64,000 nucleotides of DNA, taken from positions 185,442,001 to 185,506,000 of the forward strand of contig OX597815.1 of the NCBI GenBank assembly GCA_951406725.2. The letters run 5' to 3'. Origin of the DNA: Octopus vulgaris. Taxonomy: Eukaryota. The notes beneath the pieces were generated by a model. It did not search any database. It saw only the letters and a program-made list of their open reading frames with translations, and was not told the DNA's origin. Both the position numbers and the translations under genes were made by a program. Each line of letters opens with the position of its first letter. The stretch's first letter is position 1. Positions 39,491 through 53,038 of the stretch are shown piece by piece.

Positions 39491-40564
39491 TATAAAATAT
39501 ATATATATCAATGTTTTACATATATATATATAATGATAATAATATTAGAGAATATTATTCCAAACTTAAAGGGAAAAATTCAATTTACCAATTATATACT
39601 ATTTATTTATTATTTTGTACTTTAATTAATTATAGGCATATGTTTTATCATATATCTAATTTTTTCTATATCATTGTTGAGTTGCTAAATGGTGGTTCTT
39701 TTCTAATTTATCTACATACATACATATATATATATATAATGTATGTATTGTATTATATATAATGTTTTGTATTATATGTGTGTGCGTAAGCAGGACTCTA
39801 TGCATATATAAATAAGAATAATATCTTTAACAACGAAATAATAAAAATTATATACATATATGTTATAAACTTGGTAAATTCTCTCCATTGCATATCAATG
39901 TTATGCCTCAGTGTTAAATGAATTTGATTGGGTTCAGAAACTGAAGGTTCTGAAGGAATACTTATAAAATTGCATGGGACATTTTTGTTTCTAAAAGTAA
40001 ACAGCTTGTAAAGTCCCAAAGGACTGCAAAATTACAGAAAAAAAATATTAATGTGGAAATATATCAGCATAAAATGATATAATTAGAGAGAGAAGAATTT
40101 GCAACAGAAGTGCATTTGGTAAGGCTATGGAAATAAGAACCCATAGGCAAGAGGCCAATAAACAGCCATTGGAAGAAGATACCATATAAATGGCAATATT
40201 TTCAAAAATTATACTGTGATTAATTTTCAATACTAGATTGCTTGTTGGGAAATATGTCAACAATCTCCATATTAATTTTGTTATCACTTTTTTCTCACTC
40301 TTATGTTATAGAATCACGAGTTATGTATTTAAAATAATATATAATATGGCATAAATAAAATGTAATTGGCTGTTTCAACAAGTACAGAAATACACAGAGA
40401 GAGAGAGAGAAATTTAATTAAAGATAGGAAGAATAAGATATACAAATGAAAATAGTGTTGATGAAAATATTGTTGTCTGTATGTTTATGCATACATGGAA
40501 AAAAAAAAAGCAAAATACTGATATAAGGTATTTCAGAAATGAATTTGGATTCATTTCATTTATA

Positions 40565-41185
40565 TCATTGTTTAATGTCTGTTTTCCATGCTGGCATGAG
40601 TTGGATGGTTTGACTGAGGATTGGCAGGCCAGGAGGCTGCACTAGGCTCCTGTCCGATCTGGCAATGTTCCTACAGCTGGATGCCCTTCCTAACACCAAC
40701 CACCTTGTGAGTGTAGTGGGTTCTTTTTATGTGCCACCAGCACAGGACAAGTAAGCCAGCACTGGCATTGACCAAGCACAAATGGTGCTTTTTACATGCC
40801 ACCAGCATGGGACCAGTCAGGCAGCACTGGCATCGACCATGTTCAACTGGTGCTTTTTATCTGTCACTGGCACAGGTGCCAATCAGTCAGTACTGTCATC
40901 AGCCATGACAATGACTTCACTTGACTCAACAGGTCTTCGCAAGCGCAGTTTATTACCTAATGATTGAAGGGTACTCTTAAATGGGCTGTTTATGCTGCTC
41001 TGGCATAGGCCACAGTTATGGTCTCACTTGGCTTGTCAGGTCTTCACAAACACAGCATATCTCCAAAGGCCTCGGTCACTTGTCATCACCTCGGTGAAGC
41101 CCAGTGTTCAAAGGTTGTGCTTCAACACCTCATCCCAGGTCTTCTTGGGTCTAACTCTTTCAAAGGTTCTCTCTACTGCTAGAGT
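40565..41185 (-). mobile_element. RTE LINE 3' fragment
   Basis: Reverse strand gives a decayed RPKKTWDEVLKHNL-type C-terminus plus the 3'UTR and tail. Confidence 0.8.
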
Positions 41186-41415
41186 ATGATACATTTTTAT
41201 CTTTTATATTTTTTAATTACATTTTGTGAATAATGGTTAGAGATTTCCAATGGGGCAATCACTGGCTCACTGCATTTGCAATGTTAATAACGGCAAGGGA
41301 GCATCTGTGCAACTAGAACAGACGAAATATGTTGAGTTAATTTTATCAAAAAAGCACGAACTTATTGGTTTCTCAATGTTTGGATCTTGTATTGCTATAT
41401 ATCAGTATAAGATAT

Positions 41416-41789
41416 GGAGGTCAATGGCTCAGTGGTTAGGGTAGTGAACTCGTCATAGGACTGCAGTTTTGATTACCAGACGAGCATTGTATTTATTGAG
41501 CAAAAACACCTAAAGCTCCATGAGGCTCCGGCAATGGGGTGGTGTAGTGAACCCTGCTGTACTCTTTCACCACAACTGTCTCTCACTCTTTCTTCCTGTT
41601 TCAGTTGTACCTGTATTTCAAAAGGGCCAGCCTTGTCACACTCTGTGTCATGATGAATCTTCCTGAGAACTACATTAAGGGTACACATGTCTGAGGAGTG
41701 CTCAGCCACTTGCACGTTAATTTCAGGAGCTGGCTGTTCCATCGATTGGATCAACTGGAACCCTCATTGCTGCAATTGATGGAGTGCCA
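41416..41789 (+). mobile_element. tRNA-derived SINE with family C head and a different tail; 13-bp TSD
   Basis: TSD cagtataagatat at 41403-41415 and 41790-41802. Head tggctcagtggttagggtag. Confidence 0.85.
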
Positions 41790-41829
41790 CAGTATAAGAT
41801 ATATCCAAGTGCATATATATAAACATACT

Positions 41830-42125
41830 CGGAGGCAAAGTGGCTGAGTTCCTTTTGAGTGTCGGGCTTTACGGAGGCAATGACCAAGACCTTTGGCACT
41901 ATTTTTGCTTGAGAAGAAGACCCATCAAGCCAAGCAAAATTGCAAGCATGGCAGATACTGGTGTCACACAAATTGGCACCCATGCTGGTGAAATGTAAAC
42001 GTGCCCCAGTGTCACGCAACTTGCACCCATGTTGGTGGCATGTAAAAGCACCCTTTACACTCTCAGAGTGGTTGGTGTTAAGGAAGGGCATCCAATTGTA
42101 GAAAACCATGCCAAATTAAACTGCA
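41830..42125 (+). mobile_element. RTE 3'UTR fragment
   Basis: gaggcaatgaccaagacctttggc...gagtggttggtgttaaggaagggcatcc. Confidence 0.75.
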
Positions 42126-43909
42126 GTCTATATATATTCATATTTCTACCTTTACTCTGAATCCGTGCACAGAAAGGAAAAATAGGATACATATATACAT
42201 CATTAACATTCCCTGCACAATTTATGCATCATCTCATAATATCTTTTTTCTGCAAATAGCTATGATTGTAAAATCATATCCTTTAGAATTTCAGAAAATT
42301 TTGATTTTCATCTGCTATATTTTTCAAAAACATTGTTTGCTGTGAACTTAATTAGCAGCATCACACTTCATTAAAAAAACCCCAAAAAAACAAAAAGCAT
42401 TTTTTGCTGTTACATATAATATTATACCCCATCACCCCAAAACACTTAAAAACTTGAAACAACTTAGGTTGCTATCTGGAATGTTATGAATGACACTTTT
42501 AAAGAATAGCTTGATTCTTTAAAAGAGAGAATAACATTTAAAAATACTTATCATTAATCGAATGAGAAAGTATTTTCAGATAAATAGATATTCAATATTA
42601 TCAATATTGAATTCTAATAAGTTTTCTCTGAATTGTCACTCATGTTTTAAGAGAATAACTTTAAAATACAAAGTGATTTTTAAAATTCAATATGGGTGTA
42701 GATTTACTTTCAGAAAATATTAAGCCATGCAAACAACACATGTTTATATTACAGAATAAATATTGATACTTAAACAATAATTTCTTTATTCGAATATTCA
42801 TCATTTCAAATCAAATATTATGAACGCCTATATATATGCATGTGTATGTTTATGTATGCATGTGTATCTGTGATATTCATAATTTGTAATACAAAGGCAT
42901 AAACAGGCAAACATAAATAGATATGGATAAATTCTATACATATATTAATGCAGCTAACTCTGTATGTGTGTGTACACAAACATAGATATATGAATTTTTT
43001 ATCAGTTGTTTGCCACATTGTTTAATATTACTTATTTCTCTAAGTATCAATGCAGTCAGCAATGAATCAAATTATACAAGGTTACATAAATATGTTGACC
43101 GTTTGTAGTAGAAAATAAAAGAAAACTGTGTAGGATTGTGTGGAAAAAATGTATAGAATTATCTAAAACTTAAGAGGAATTAATATGAGATTTCAGAAAT
43201 TAATTATTCAAAATATGAACAAATACAAAATGTAATATTGAGTTTTGATTTTGTAATTCCCTTTTTTTTTTCAAAATAAATTGAATATAAATACGTGAAT
43301 AAAAGAAATGTAGTTTTTCAAAACGACATTCCTTTAATGTGAATACAAAATATATGATGAAAAAATATAGCTAAAACGAGAGAACATTTAAAAAAAAAAT
43401 GCTGAGCAATGTAAAAAAAGGCTCTTATTTCATCTTGAATATTTTTTCCATTAATTGAATTGCTAAGGAAATACAACAGAATATTTTGGTTCAGCTACCC
43501 ATGAAATGAAAATCTGTTCATTCATATTTGTGTTCTTTCTAAAAGAAAAAGTATATTTTGGTTTTTAAAGAAATGGATGCTTATTCATAAATATAGCCAA
43601 ATTCCACTGTTTTAGAACTTACTTTCTTACCAAAATGTTTGTGAGTGGGGATACATGTAATATGAAAGTTGTAATATTTTAAAGATCTGTTATAGAAGAA
43701 AGATGGTAAATTCCATGGAACCAGAACAAAAAGCTAATATTAATTTCTGGTCAAATATGCTTCATTTTTAAATGCTTCCCATCTCTTTTAAAACCAAAGA
43801 ATTTAATTTGTTAGGAGAAGGAAATAGCCAAGGAAAAATATGTGAAGTTTTGTGCAATCCAGTCTTGAGTCTCAACATCAAAAGGTTAAAATATGTGGTT
43901 AATCTGGCT

Positions 43910-44292
43910 CAGATCAATCCTGATTGAATGGACTTATGTTGAAAGTCATTCCACATACAACATCATCAGCGGAAAGTGTAACCTCTCGAAAGAGCTGTTC
44001 TTCACCCCTGATCCAGAGCGTCGGCTGCGGGGTCATTCCGAAAAGCTCTACCTGCGACGATTTCATCTCAATCGAAGGAGAGGAGCTTTCTCCGTCCGGG
44101 TTGCGGATCCGTGGAACAAGCTGCCAGACGAGATGGTGAAGATGCCGATGACCGCTTTGTTCAAAGCCTCCCTGGACCTCAAGTGGCCTGAACTCTTTAC
44201 ATGAACACCACCCTGTACTTAACTCCATGTCCCCCTACATGGCCTTGCTATTTGCTTTTGAGCCAAATTAACTAACTAACTAACTAACTAAC
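43910..44292 (+). mobile_element. CR1/L2-type LINE 3' end
   Basis: Open frame RRLRGHSEKLYLRRFHLNRRRGAFSVRVADPWNKLPDEMV...FKASLD, the typical CR1/L2 ORF2 C-terminus, then a short UTR and (taac)n tail. CpG-rich, so probably young. Confidence 0.88.
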
Positions 44293-44383
44293 ATACAAAA
44301 TATAAGATCACATTATCCAATGTATTTTTCAAATTGTAATATAGGGCCATAACATTGTGATATGAAGAATATTTGGTAACTAT

Positions 44384-44615
44384 GGGCATATGGCGTAGTG
44401 ATTAAGAGCCCGGGCTACTAACCCCAAGATTCCAAGTTCAATTCCAGGCAATGACCTGAATAATAATAATAACATCGAAAAATACCTTAGGAATGAGAAC
44501 CCAGGTTTGAAATTTCCCCAAGACAGCTGATGAAGGCTGGAGAGTACATCATCCAAAACATTGTGTTAACAACAAATAAGATGAGGACAAATATCTGTTA
44601 AATGTAAATAATGTA
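44384..44615 (+). mobile_element. Family H element (tRNA head + decayed hammerhead)
   Basis: gggcatatggcgtagtg head, gttcaattcc B-box, then CTGATGAaggctg...catcc-aaaacatt-gtgtt (core lost through CpG-type decay). Confidence 0.85.
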
Positions 44616-45154
44616 CTTCTGGGAGGTTAAAATGACCCTCAAATCAAATGATCCTTATCAAAAAAGTTGAGAACAAGCTTCATTGGCTTGTCAATAAAGT
44701 AACAAGCAGTAATATGTTGCAGTAGGTTTGGTTTAACTATAACCTTCACCATCGAAAACTTAGTCCTTTGTCAAAATGAAGAAATGTTTAGTATTTTTTT
44801 TCTATGAGATTGTATGTCTTGTGAGAAAATGAAAACTGAAAAGTTTTAAAGTAATTTGTCTTCTCAAGAAGGTCAAAAATTGACTTGCTTTTATAATTAT
44901 AAAAACATATTTCATCTTTTATACCTGTAAATAAATATCCTCATTATGCTATGTATAAAAATTAACCCATTAAAATCAGAACACAACAATACCAGTTCTT
45001 GATATCTTTGCAGTAAATATGATCAGAGCTGACTTGAGTCTAGAAACTACCAAAATAAACAAATGAACTTCCAAGAAAATTTCTAGTCTTTCACTATGTA
45101 AATTTTGTATACATGAAGTACTTATTCCGTTTCCCAAATATGATCTAGACATAT

Positions 45155-45563
45155 GAGCGGCTGTGTGGTAAGTAGCTTGGTTACCAACCACATGGTTCTG
45201 GGTTCAGTCCCACTGTGTGGCACCTTGGGCAAGTGTCTTCTACTATAGCCTTTGGCTGACCAAAGCCTTGTGAGTGGATTTGGTAGACAGAAACTGAAAG
45301 AAGCCCGTCGTGTAGATGTATATATATGTGTGTGTGTGTGTGTGTATGTTTGTGTGTCTGTGTTTGTCCCCCCGACATCGCTTGACAACCGATGGTGGTG
45401 TGTTTACGTCCCCGTAACTTAGCGGTTCGGCAAAAAGAGACCGATAGAATAAGTACTAGGCTTACAAAGAATAAGTCCTGTTGTTGATTTGCTCGACAAA
45501 AGGCGGTGCTCCAGCATGGCCACAGTCAAATGACAGAAACAAGTAAACAAGAGGGTAAAGAGA
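45155..45563 (+). mobile_element. SINE family A
   Basis: Matches family A and retains many CpGs. Confidence 0.9.
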
Positions 45564-46802
45564 GTTTATCAGTTTTCATAATAAAATATGATAATAATAA
45601 GAATTTGTCTTCAAAGCAAAGGAAAGGAAAATAATATACAGTAAAAGTTATCTTTCAGTTATGGGAAGTTAGTATTTTGGATAGTATATTCAGGAGCATA
45701 CAACATTGAAGTATCCACAATGGTTTTAAAGACTATTTTGAATTGCATTCCAACTCATATCTTTACTAAAGTGGTAAAAATGTTTTAAGAAAGAATGACC
45801 ATTCATTCTTAATAATAATTTAGATTGTCCTAAATGGAACACTAACTAGTAATAATCTTATAAGAACATATAACTGGAATAACCTTGTTTTTCAACATTA
45901 AAGTTTATATCATTAATATCTACAAGTGGTCTTTCTTGTGACAGTTCAAATAAATACTTCATTAAAAGTATATAGCGATGTAAACCCATTGGTTTTCTTC
46001 AGACCAAAATTTTTCATAACACTTTTGCTACTCGTAAAAATCTATATCCACAAACTGAACCAACAAGCTCAAGGTGAAAGATCCTATACTGATGAGTTCT
46101 AATAAGACTGAAACATCTCTAGACGCCAATTAACAAAATTCAGACCATCTTCTAAGCATGGCATTTTAATTTTCTTGAAATTACCTCCTTATATATTTTG
46201 AGAATTGCTAACAATTGCTACCAGATGATTATTTTCTTCCTCCATCAAAACAAGGATTAATTTCTTAGAGAATTTTTTCGAATACATTATTTGATCTATC
46301 AGCATCTACCTGATTTACCTGAATTCATGCCATTTCCTTGAGATGTTTCCTAGCCAATCCTTTTTATCGTTATGACAATTTTCTATATTGTCAAATTCAA
46401 AGTATTCATTTTAATGACAAATAACAGTTGAAAAGAAAATTATACATTTATTAATTAGTGTTTCTGAAATTTTCCAAACAGCATGCTAATCTTTGTTCAT
46501 TACTTTTTCACTAGATTTCTTTGAAATTTTTCCCTTTCTGTAAAACATGACAGTTTTTGATGGTATTAACAAAATATAAAATTGAAAATAATCCAAGACA
46601 AAAGCGAAAAGAACTGAATGGCGTTTGTTATGTGAAATTATCAAATAAATTTAAAACATATTCTTAAGCTAATAATTGTCAAATAAAATGTAAATCAATA
46701 GAAAGAAGAAATATTTTGTATTTTGACAGCCAACTGCTTATCGGTTATTGAAAACACTGTCTTACAATATCATTGCAAATAAAATAGTATTGGATAAGTG
46801 TT

Positions 46803-47205
46803 GGAGTGGCTGTGTGGTGAGTAGCTTGCTTACCAACCACATGGTTCCAGGTTCAGTCCTACTGCGTGGCACCTTGGGCAAGTGTCTTCTACTATAGCCT
46901 CGGGCCGACCAAAGCCTTGAGTAGATTTGGTAGACGGAAACTGAAAGAAGCCCGTTGTATATTTGTATATATATGTGTGTGGGTATGTTTGTGTGTCTGT
47001 GTTTGTCCCCCCCAACATCGCTTGACAACCGTTGCTGGTGTGTTTATGTCCTCGTAACTTAGCAGTTCAGCAAGAGAGACCGATAGAATAAGTACTAGGC
47101 TTACAAAGAATAAGTCCTGGGGTCGATTTGCTCAACTAAAGGCGGTGCTCCAGCATGGCCACAGTCAAATGACTGTAACAAGTGAAAGAGAAAGAGTAAA
47201 GAGTA
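46803..47205 (+). mobile_element. SINE family A
   Basis: Matches family A from head to tail. Confidence 0.9.
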
Positions 47206-47408
47206 TTGCCCAGAAAAGGTGGATGCCACATAAATAAGAAATCCTCATAAAACCCATTATGTCGATCTGACTTATGGTGGGATAAATTAAGATAAAAGGA
47301 GAAAAGTCACAGCAGAGGGTTTAAGTAATCTGATTTAACACTATTACCTGTGAATACATTTTCTATTAGGTTAACATTTATTTTTATTGAATCTCTTTTA
47401 TGTATTAA

Positions 47409-48013
47409 GGAATCCGAGGTAGAGGTAGACCCAGGAAGACATGGGACGAGGTGGTCGAGCATGACCTTCGTACGTTGAGCCTCACAGAGGCTATGACGAA
47501 AGACCAATTCTTCTGGAGATATGCTGTGACTTCGAAGACCCGATGAATGAAGTGAGTTCATGGCTTGCAGGACGGCCTGCTGTGCTAACCTTGGATCATA
47601 GAGTGACCCGCTGTTCTTGAGAAGACCTATTGAGTCAAGTACGTTAACACCAACATCAAATGAAAATTGAATAGAAATAGTAGTTAAGACATGCATGCCG
47701 GTAATACGTTAATAGAAAAGCAACGTCTGAACATGGCAGATGCCAGCGCCGCCTTGACTGGCGTCCGTGTCAGTGACACATAAAAGCACCAACTGATCGT
47801 GGCCGCTTGGCAGTCTCCTCTGGCTCCTGTGCCGGTAGCACGTAAAAAGCACCCACTACACTAATGGAGTGGTTGGCGTTAGGAAGGGCATCCAGCTGTA
47901 GAAACACTGCCAGATCAGACTGGTGCCTGTTGCCACCTCCTGGCTTTCCAGACCCCGGTCGAACCGTCCAACCCATGCTAGCATGGAAAACAGACGTTAA
48001 ACGATGATGATGA
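47409..48013 (+). mobile_element. RTE-clade LINE 3' end
   Basis: 47409-47546 encodes GIRGRGRPRKTWDEVVEHDLRTLSLTEAMTKDQFFWRYAVTSKTR*, followed by the 3'UTR and (gat)n tail. Confidence 0.9.
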
Positions 48014-48261
48014 TTATCAAGTAGATAGCTACAGTTTACAACAAACAGCTTAAAAACTTCCTGTACAAAATTGTGAGTGTGATTATAAATATTTCATATG
48101 GAAGGAATATACTAAAGATTTGCACCAGATGTATCGTTTCTCTATGACTTGCTCTAATTATGCAAAATTAAAAGCAAAGTCATCAATGGTGCTTTATTAT
48201 GGATGCAATGCTAATTAATAATACTAATTAATAATTAATTAATACTAATTAATAATACTAA

Positions 48262-48376
48262 GATCAAGATTGGAGCCTGGTGCAGCCATCTGGTTTGCCA
48301 GCCCTCAGTCAAAATCGTCCAACCCATGCTAGCATGGAAAGTGGACGTTAAACGATGATAATGATGATGATGATGA
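48262..48376 (+). mobile_element. RTE 3' tail fragment
   Basis: tggagcctggtgcagcc...ggacgttaaacgatgat. Confidence 0.8.
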
Positions 48377-48640
48377 GTACTAAAGATTTCTTTGGTTAGA
48401 AAACTCTTCTACCTATATCTGACGTCATTTATTTTGTCAGTTTTGCAATAAGTTTTGTATCTTCATAAATATGAATACAAATATATGTGTGTGTATGTAT
48501 CATAATTGCTGATGAGAAAGAAATCACTGTATGTTGACATTGATAATACCCATAGTAAAGGAATACCAAGAATGACCATGGGAAGAGGTACTATTAGATT
48601 AGATGATAATGTCAATGTTCACAGATGAGATGAAAGAGGA

Positions 48641-48930
48641 TTGTTCCTTCTCGAGCCACGTCTGGCTCATAAGGGCCGGTTTCCTAGGTGTATAGGTTCC
48701 CCACCTGGACGGGATGCCGGTCCGTCGCAGGTGAGCTGCAAGATGCAGTAGGAAAGAATGAGAGAAAGTTGTGGCGAAAGAGTCAGCAGAAGTTCGCCAT
48801 TACCTTCTGCCGGAGCTGTGTGGAGCTTAGGTGTTTCTCTCACAAACACACACCTTGCCCGGTCTGAGATTCGAACCCGCAATCCCTCGACAGCGAGCCC
48901 ATTGCTCTAACCACTAGGCCATGTGCCTCC
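48641..48930 (-). mobile_element. SINE family C, full length
   Basis: Reverse strand: ggaggcacatggcctagtggttagagc head, ggttcgaatctc B-box and gacggaccggcatcccgtccagg core. Confidence 0.85.
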
Positions 48931-50256
48931 AGAGAGGATTGATAGCAGTAAGACAAATAGCAGGCATGTATGAATACGGAAAGCATGGAAATATGAATGT
49001 TAATGCAATGAAATGTATGACACTGGATAGTCCATGAATATCCTGTCTTCAAAATCCACATCACAGTTTTTAGGAACAATACCATTAATATGAAGCTTGA
49101 AATAATATTGACAGTATTAAAGACCATTATAAAAGAAATTTATTATAAATGTAATTTATTACAACGTCTTATTGACACTGTCATTTATTGGACAAATAAA
49201 AAAAATAATAAAAATAAAACTGCAGTTCTACAAGCTAAATGTCCATTATTTGAAGTATACAATGTGTGTGAAAGCACACGATAAAAATAATGGTTGAAAT
49301 AGAATTTCTCTTGTATCATATATTTTTTCACTATTCCATACATTTCCACACTTAAGATGTTCCTTTCTTACACTACTTGGGTAAATTTATCTTTTTATCT
49401 ATTCAACTACAATAAAGTATATACCAGTAATACACGAATATTTATCACCATTGAAGTAGTAAATGTCAGAAAGAGTTCAATATATATTTTTTTTTAAATA
49501 TTGCTTCCAAAGTCAGGGTGAGACTTCTTTCCTCACCTTTAGTTTCTAATACTGAAAATGGTTCTATCAATATTTATATTCACCAATTTTTTTCCAGAAC
49601 AATGCATGCACTGAAGTTTTGAAAGTAATTATCCTAAACTGTAATGGTTGTACTAATACATTACTAACATTACTATTCACATAAACAAAAGAAACGATAT
49701 TTCTTTCTGAATTATAGAGATGATTTTGCAGCTTGTGTAAAAAAAAAATTCCATTCAATACCAAACAGTAATAGAAGTCCTAAGCTGAAAGAGCAGAAGA
49801 AAAATATATATAATCAAACAGCAAAACCACCAGCCTAAAGAGATTCGATAGAAAGAAAAATAAATGTTTCAACCATTAATGTAGTGCCATTCTAAAGAAA
49901 ACATTAATATATTTTTTCATTTGGCTTTTTCTTCTCATACAAAGAGTGAAGATAATGGTAGTGTATCTTGAAAGAAAGATACTTGGTTGGGTTAATTCTT
50001 TTCTCCAAATTTTAACTAAATACTTATTGCTTTTCATGTAAGCAATCAATACTTAATTTTCTCAGCAGATTTGGTCTCCTCTATAGAGATAAACCAATCA
50101 TAATTATTTGTCGGATGTTGGTAGATTTTTATGTTTTAAAGGAGAAAAGTTCTAATATGCACAGAATTATGTACTTGTGTGCACACACACATATGCATAC
50201 ATATATCTATATACATGGTTTCATACATGTGCATGCATGTAATATATATATATGTG

Positions 50257-50291
<35 letters not shown>

Positions 50292-50620
50292 AGTATACAG
50301 ATACTACTAATATATAAGGAATCATTATACATGAGCTACTTCAAGTTTCATGCTCAGTTTGTGCAATAATCACATGGGCTTGTATAGTATACAATTCATG
50401 GTATGCTATGCAAACATGCTATGCTTAAAATGCTTCTTAATATTTTCCTATTTCTTTCCTGCTTTTTCCCTCCCCTTTTCTCAACCCTGTCCACTTATTG
50501 CAATAGCTAACCATGAAACTTGAAATAGTTCACGTATAACTCCTATATTAATGAAATGATATTAATCTCTCAATTGACCAAGTATTTTTTCTATTGGTCT
50601 TTTCAACAAGCAAGCAATAC

Positions 50621-50651
<31 letters not shown>

Positions 50652-51330
50652 GGTGGTATGCCTGCATTTATGTGTATGGAGTAAAAATGCAAGCATAATA
50701 TCACTGAACACAAAGTACAGATATGACAGCAAAACAAAAAAAAATGCAAGAACGAAGCAAAATTATAATGAAAATAGAAATTAAAAAGACTACTGTCAAT
50801 ATAGTAAAAACACTAGCAAAAATCAGGGCTTGACAACACAGAAATGAGAACTGCTTCTCTACTGTAGTGACAGAATTTCAAAAGACACATAGAAGTTACA
50901 ACTGGTTTATGTTTTAAGATCTAACGATCCTAGTCATCAATAAATCATGAGCATTTTTCCATAAACGTTTTCGTGTATTTTACTAAGTTTAATATTGTAA
51001 CAAAATCTAAAATGAAAATGCCTCCAGCTTTTAAGCGCTTATGTTTAAAGTGAACAAAAGCTACATTTCCATCTGTATCTGTATTGCAGACAGCTGTATC
51101 ACTGGTATGATTCTTGTACCAACTTAAATATCTGGTATCAACCAATTCCAGGTAACCTCTATGGGAAACTTGGCATCGGGAATTTTCCACCTCCTGACCA
51201 ATATATGATGACAAATCTGTCATGTGTTTAAATCTATAACACATATATATTTGGCCGTTACTTTTTTTTTACATAAATAATAAGTTAGTTAATATTATTT
51301 AGTACTGAAATATGCTGTGATACTATTTAA

Positions 51331-51550
51331 CCCTTACATTACTGTATATATTTTGAGATGCTCTGTGTTTCTTTCAATTACTTTAAATATAGCAAAGAAT
51401 TTAGTAAAATAACTTAGTTATCATTCAGCTAGTGTTAGGAACATAAACTGTGACTAAGGTTTGGTGGAAGATTTTAATTCAAAACTTATGAAAACAAGAC
51501 ATTTGTACTCAGAGCCAGAGCCAGTTTCAGCCGGGTTGGTAACATAAGGG
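51331..51550. mobile_element. piggyBac-type MITE
   Basis: TTAA|ccctta...taaggg|TTAA with TTAA at 51327-51330 and 51551-51554; 220 bp. Confidence 0.8.
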
Positions 51551-52169
51551 TTAATATTGTAATACTGTAATATATATAACAAATTACTAAATTCATTGTA
51601 ATTTCAAGTTTACCTGGAATGATATTGTATAATAATGAACAATGCAGGAAGTCACAAGCTGAGATTTGTGTCAGTGATTTCAAAGACAGATATGTTATTA
51701 TTTATGTTAAAAAAGAATCCTTGCTTATCAATGTAAAAATTTAAATTCCATGAATCTATGAGAAACAGAGAGTGTGAGAGAGAGTGAGAGAGAGAGAGTT
51801 AGGGGTTAGAAGGAAATGACAACTGAAAACACTGAATAAAATATAAGAAAAATTGTAATTTTCATTTATCGTTTGTTAACAAAGTCGAAGAATATGAATC
51901 ACTAATTTAATTATGAATTAATTTTAAATAATGTAAATTATTTTTATCACTATTTTCTAAATTTAATTAATCTTCCGTGAAGAAGAAATGATAATTAGGA
52001 AGTAAATTGGATCCAGATCTCTGTTTAAGAATAATGTTTTTTTAAATTTACAATAGTTCTTTCCTACAATATATTCATTCTAGAAAGAAAAGAGACAAGC
52101 AATATTTAGTGACAAGAGAAAGGAATTTGTTTTTGCATCTAATTTTCATTGAAATTATTTGTAATATTT

Positions 52170-52430
52170 GCCAGTGCTGCTGGACTGGCTCCTGTGCAGG
52201 TGGCACATAAAAAGCACCATTTGAGTGTGGCCATTGCCTGTACCACCAAACTGGCCCTTGTGTTGGTGGCACATAAATGCATCCACTACACTCTCGGAAT
52301 GGTTGGCATTAGAAAGGGCATCCAGCTGTAGAAACTCTGCCAGATCAGATTGGAGTCTGGTTCGCCAGACCTCAGTCAAATCATCCAACCCATGCTAGCA
52401 TGGATAGCAGACATTAAATGATGATGATGA
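52170..52430 (+). mobile_element. RTE 3'UTR fragment
   Basis: Same tail as the other RTE copies, ending cattaaatgatgatgatga. Confidence 0.8.
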
Positions 52431-52454
52431 TTCTTAATTTCTCCATTGCTATTA

Positions 52455-53038
52455 TCGTCTTAGTACCTCTTGGTACTTATTTTATCAACACTGAAAGCAA
52501 AGTTGACCTCAGCAGAATTTAAATTCAGACGGTAAAAAACAGACAAAATGCTACTAAGCAATTTGCCTGCCTTGCTAACAATTCTGCCAGCTTGCCAGTT
52601 TTAAATATCGATTTCAAATTTTGACACAAGGCCAGCAATTTAGGAGAAGAGGAAAGTCAATTAGAGAAACCCAAGTACACAACTGGTACTTATTTTAATG
52701 ACTCTGAAAGGAAGAAAGGCAAAGCTGACTTTGGCAGAATTTGAATGAAATGCAACTAAGCATTTTGCCCAGCAAGCTAAAAGTTCTGCCAGTTTGCTGC
52801 CTAATTGTTTTAGATATTGACTCCTTTATTGCCTACAGGGGGCTAAACATAGAAGGGACAAACAAGGGATTAAGTCAATTACTTCGACCCCAATGCATAA
52901 CTGGTACTTATTTAATCACCTCGAAAGGATGAAAGGCAAAGTCAACCTCGGCGGAATTTGAACTTAGAATGTAATGGCAGACGAAATACCGCTAAGCATT
53001 TTGCCCGGTATGTTAACGATTCTACTAGCTCACCGCCC
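52455..53038 (-). mobile_element. Three consecutive SINE family B copies
   Basis: Copies at ~52455-52598, 52610-52802 and 52824-53038, all in the same orientation. Confidence 0.85.

Noticed and set aside
44384-44455. tRNA gene calls for SINE heads (families A, C, H)
   Set aside because: They have A/B boxes but no complete cloverleaf, and they continue into repeat bodies.
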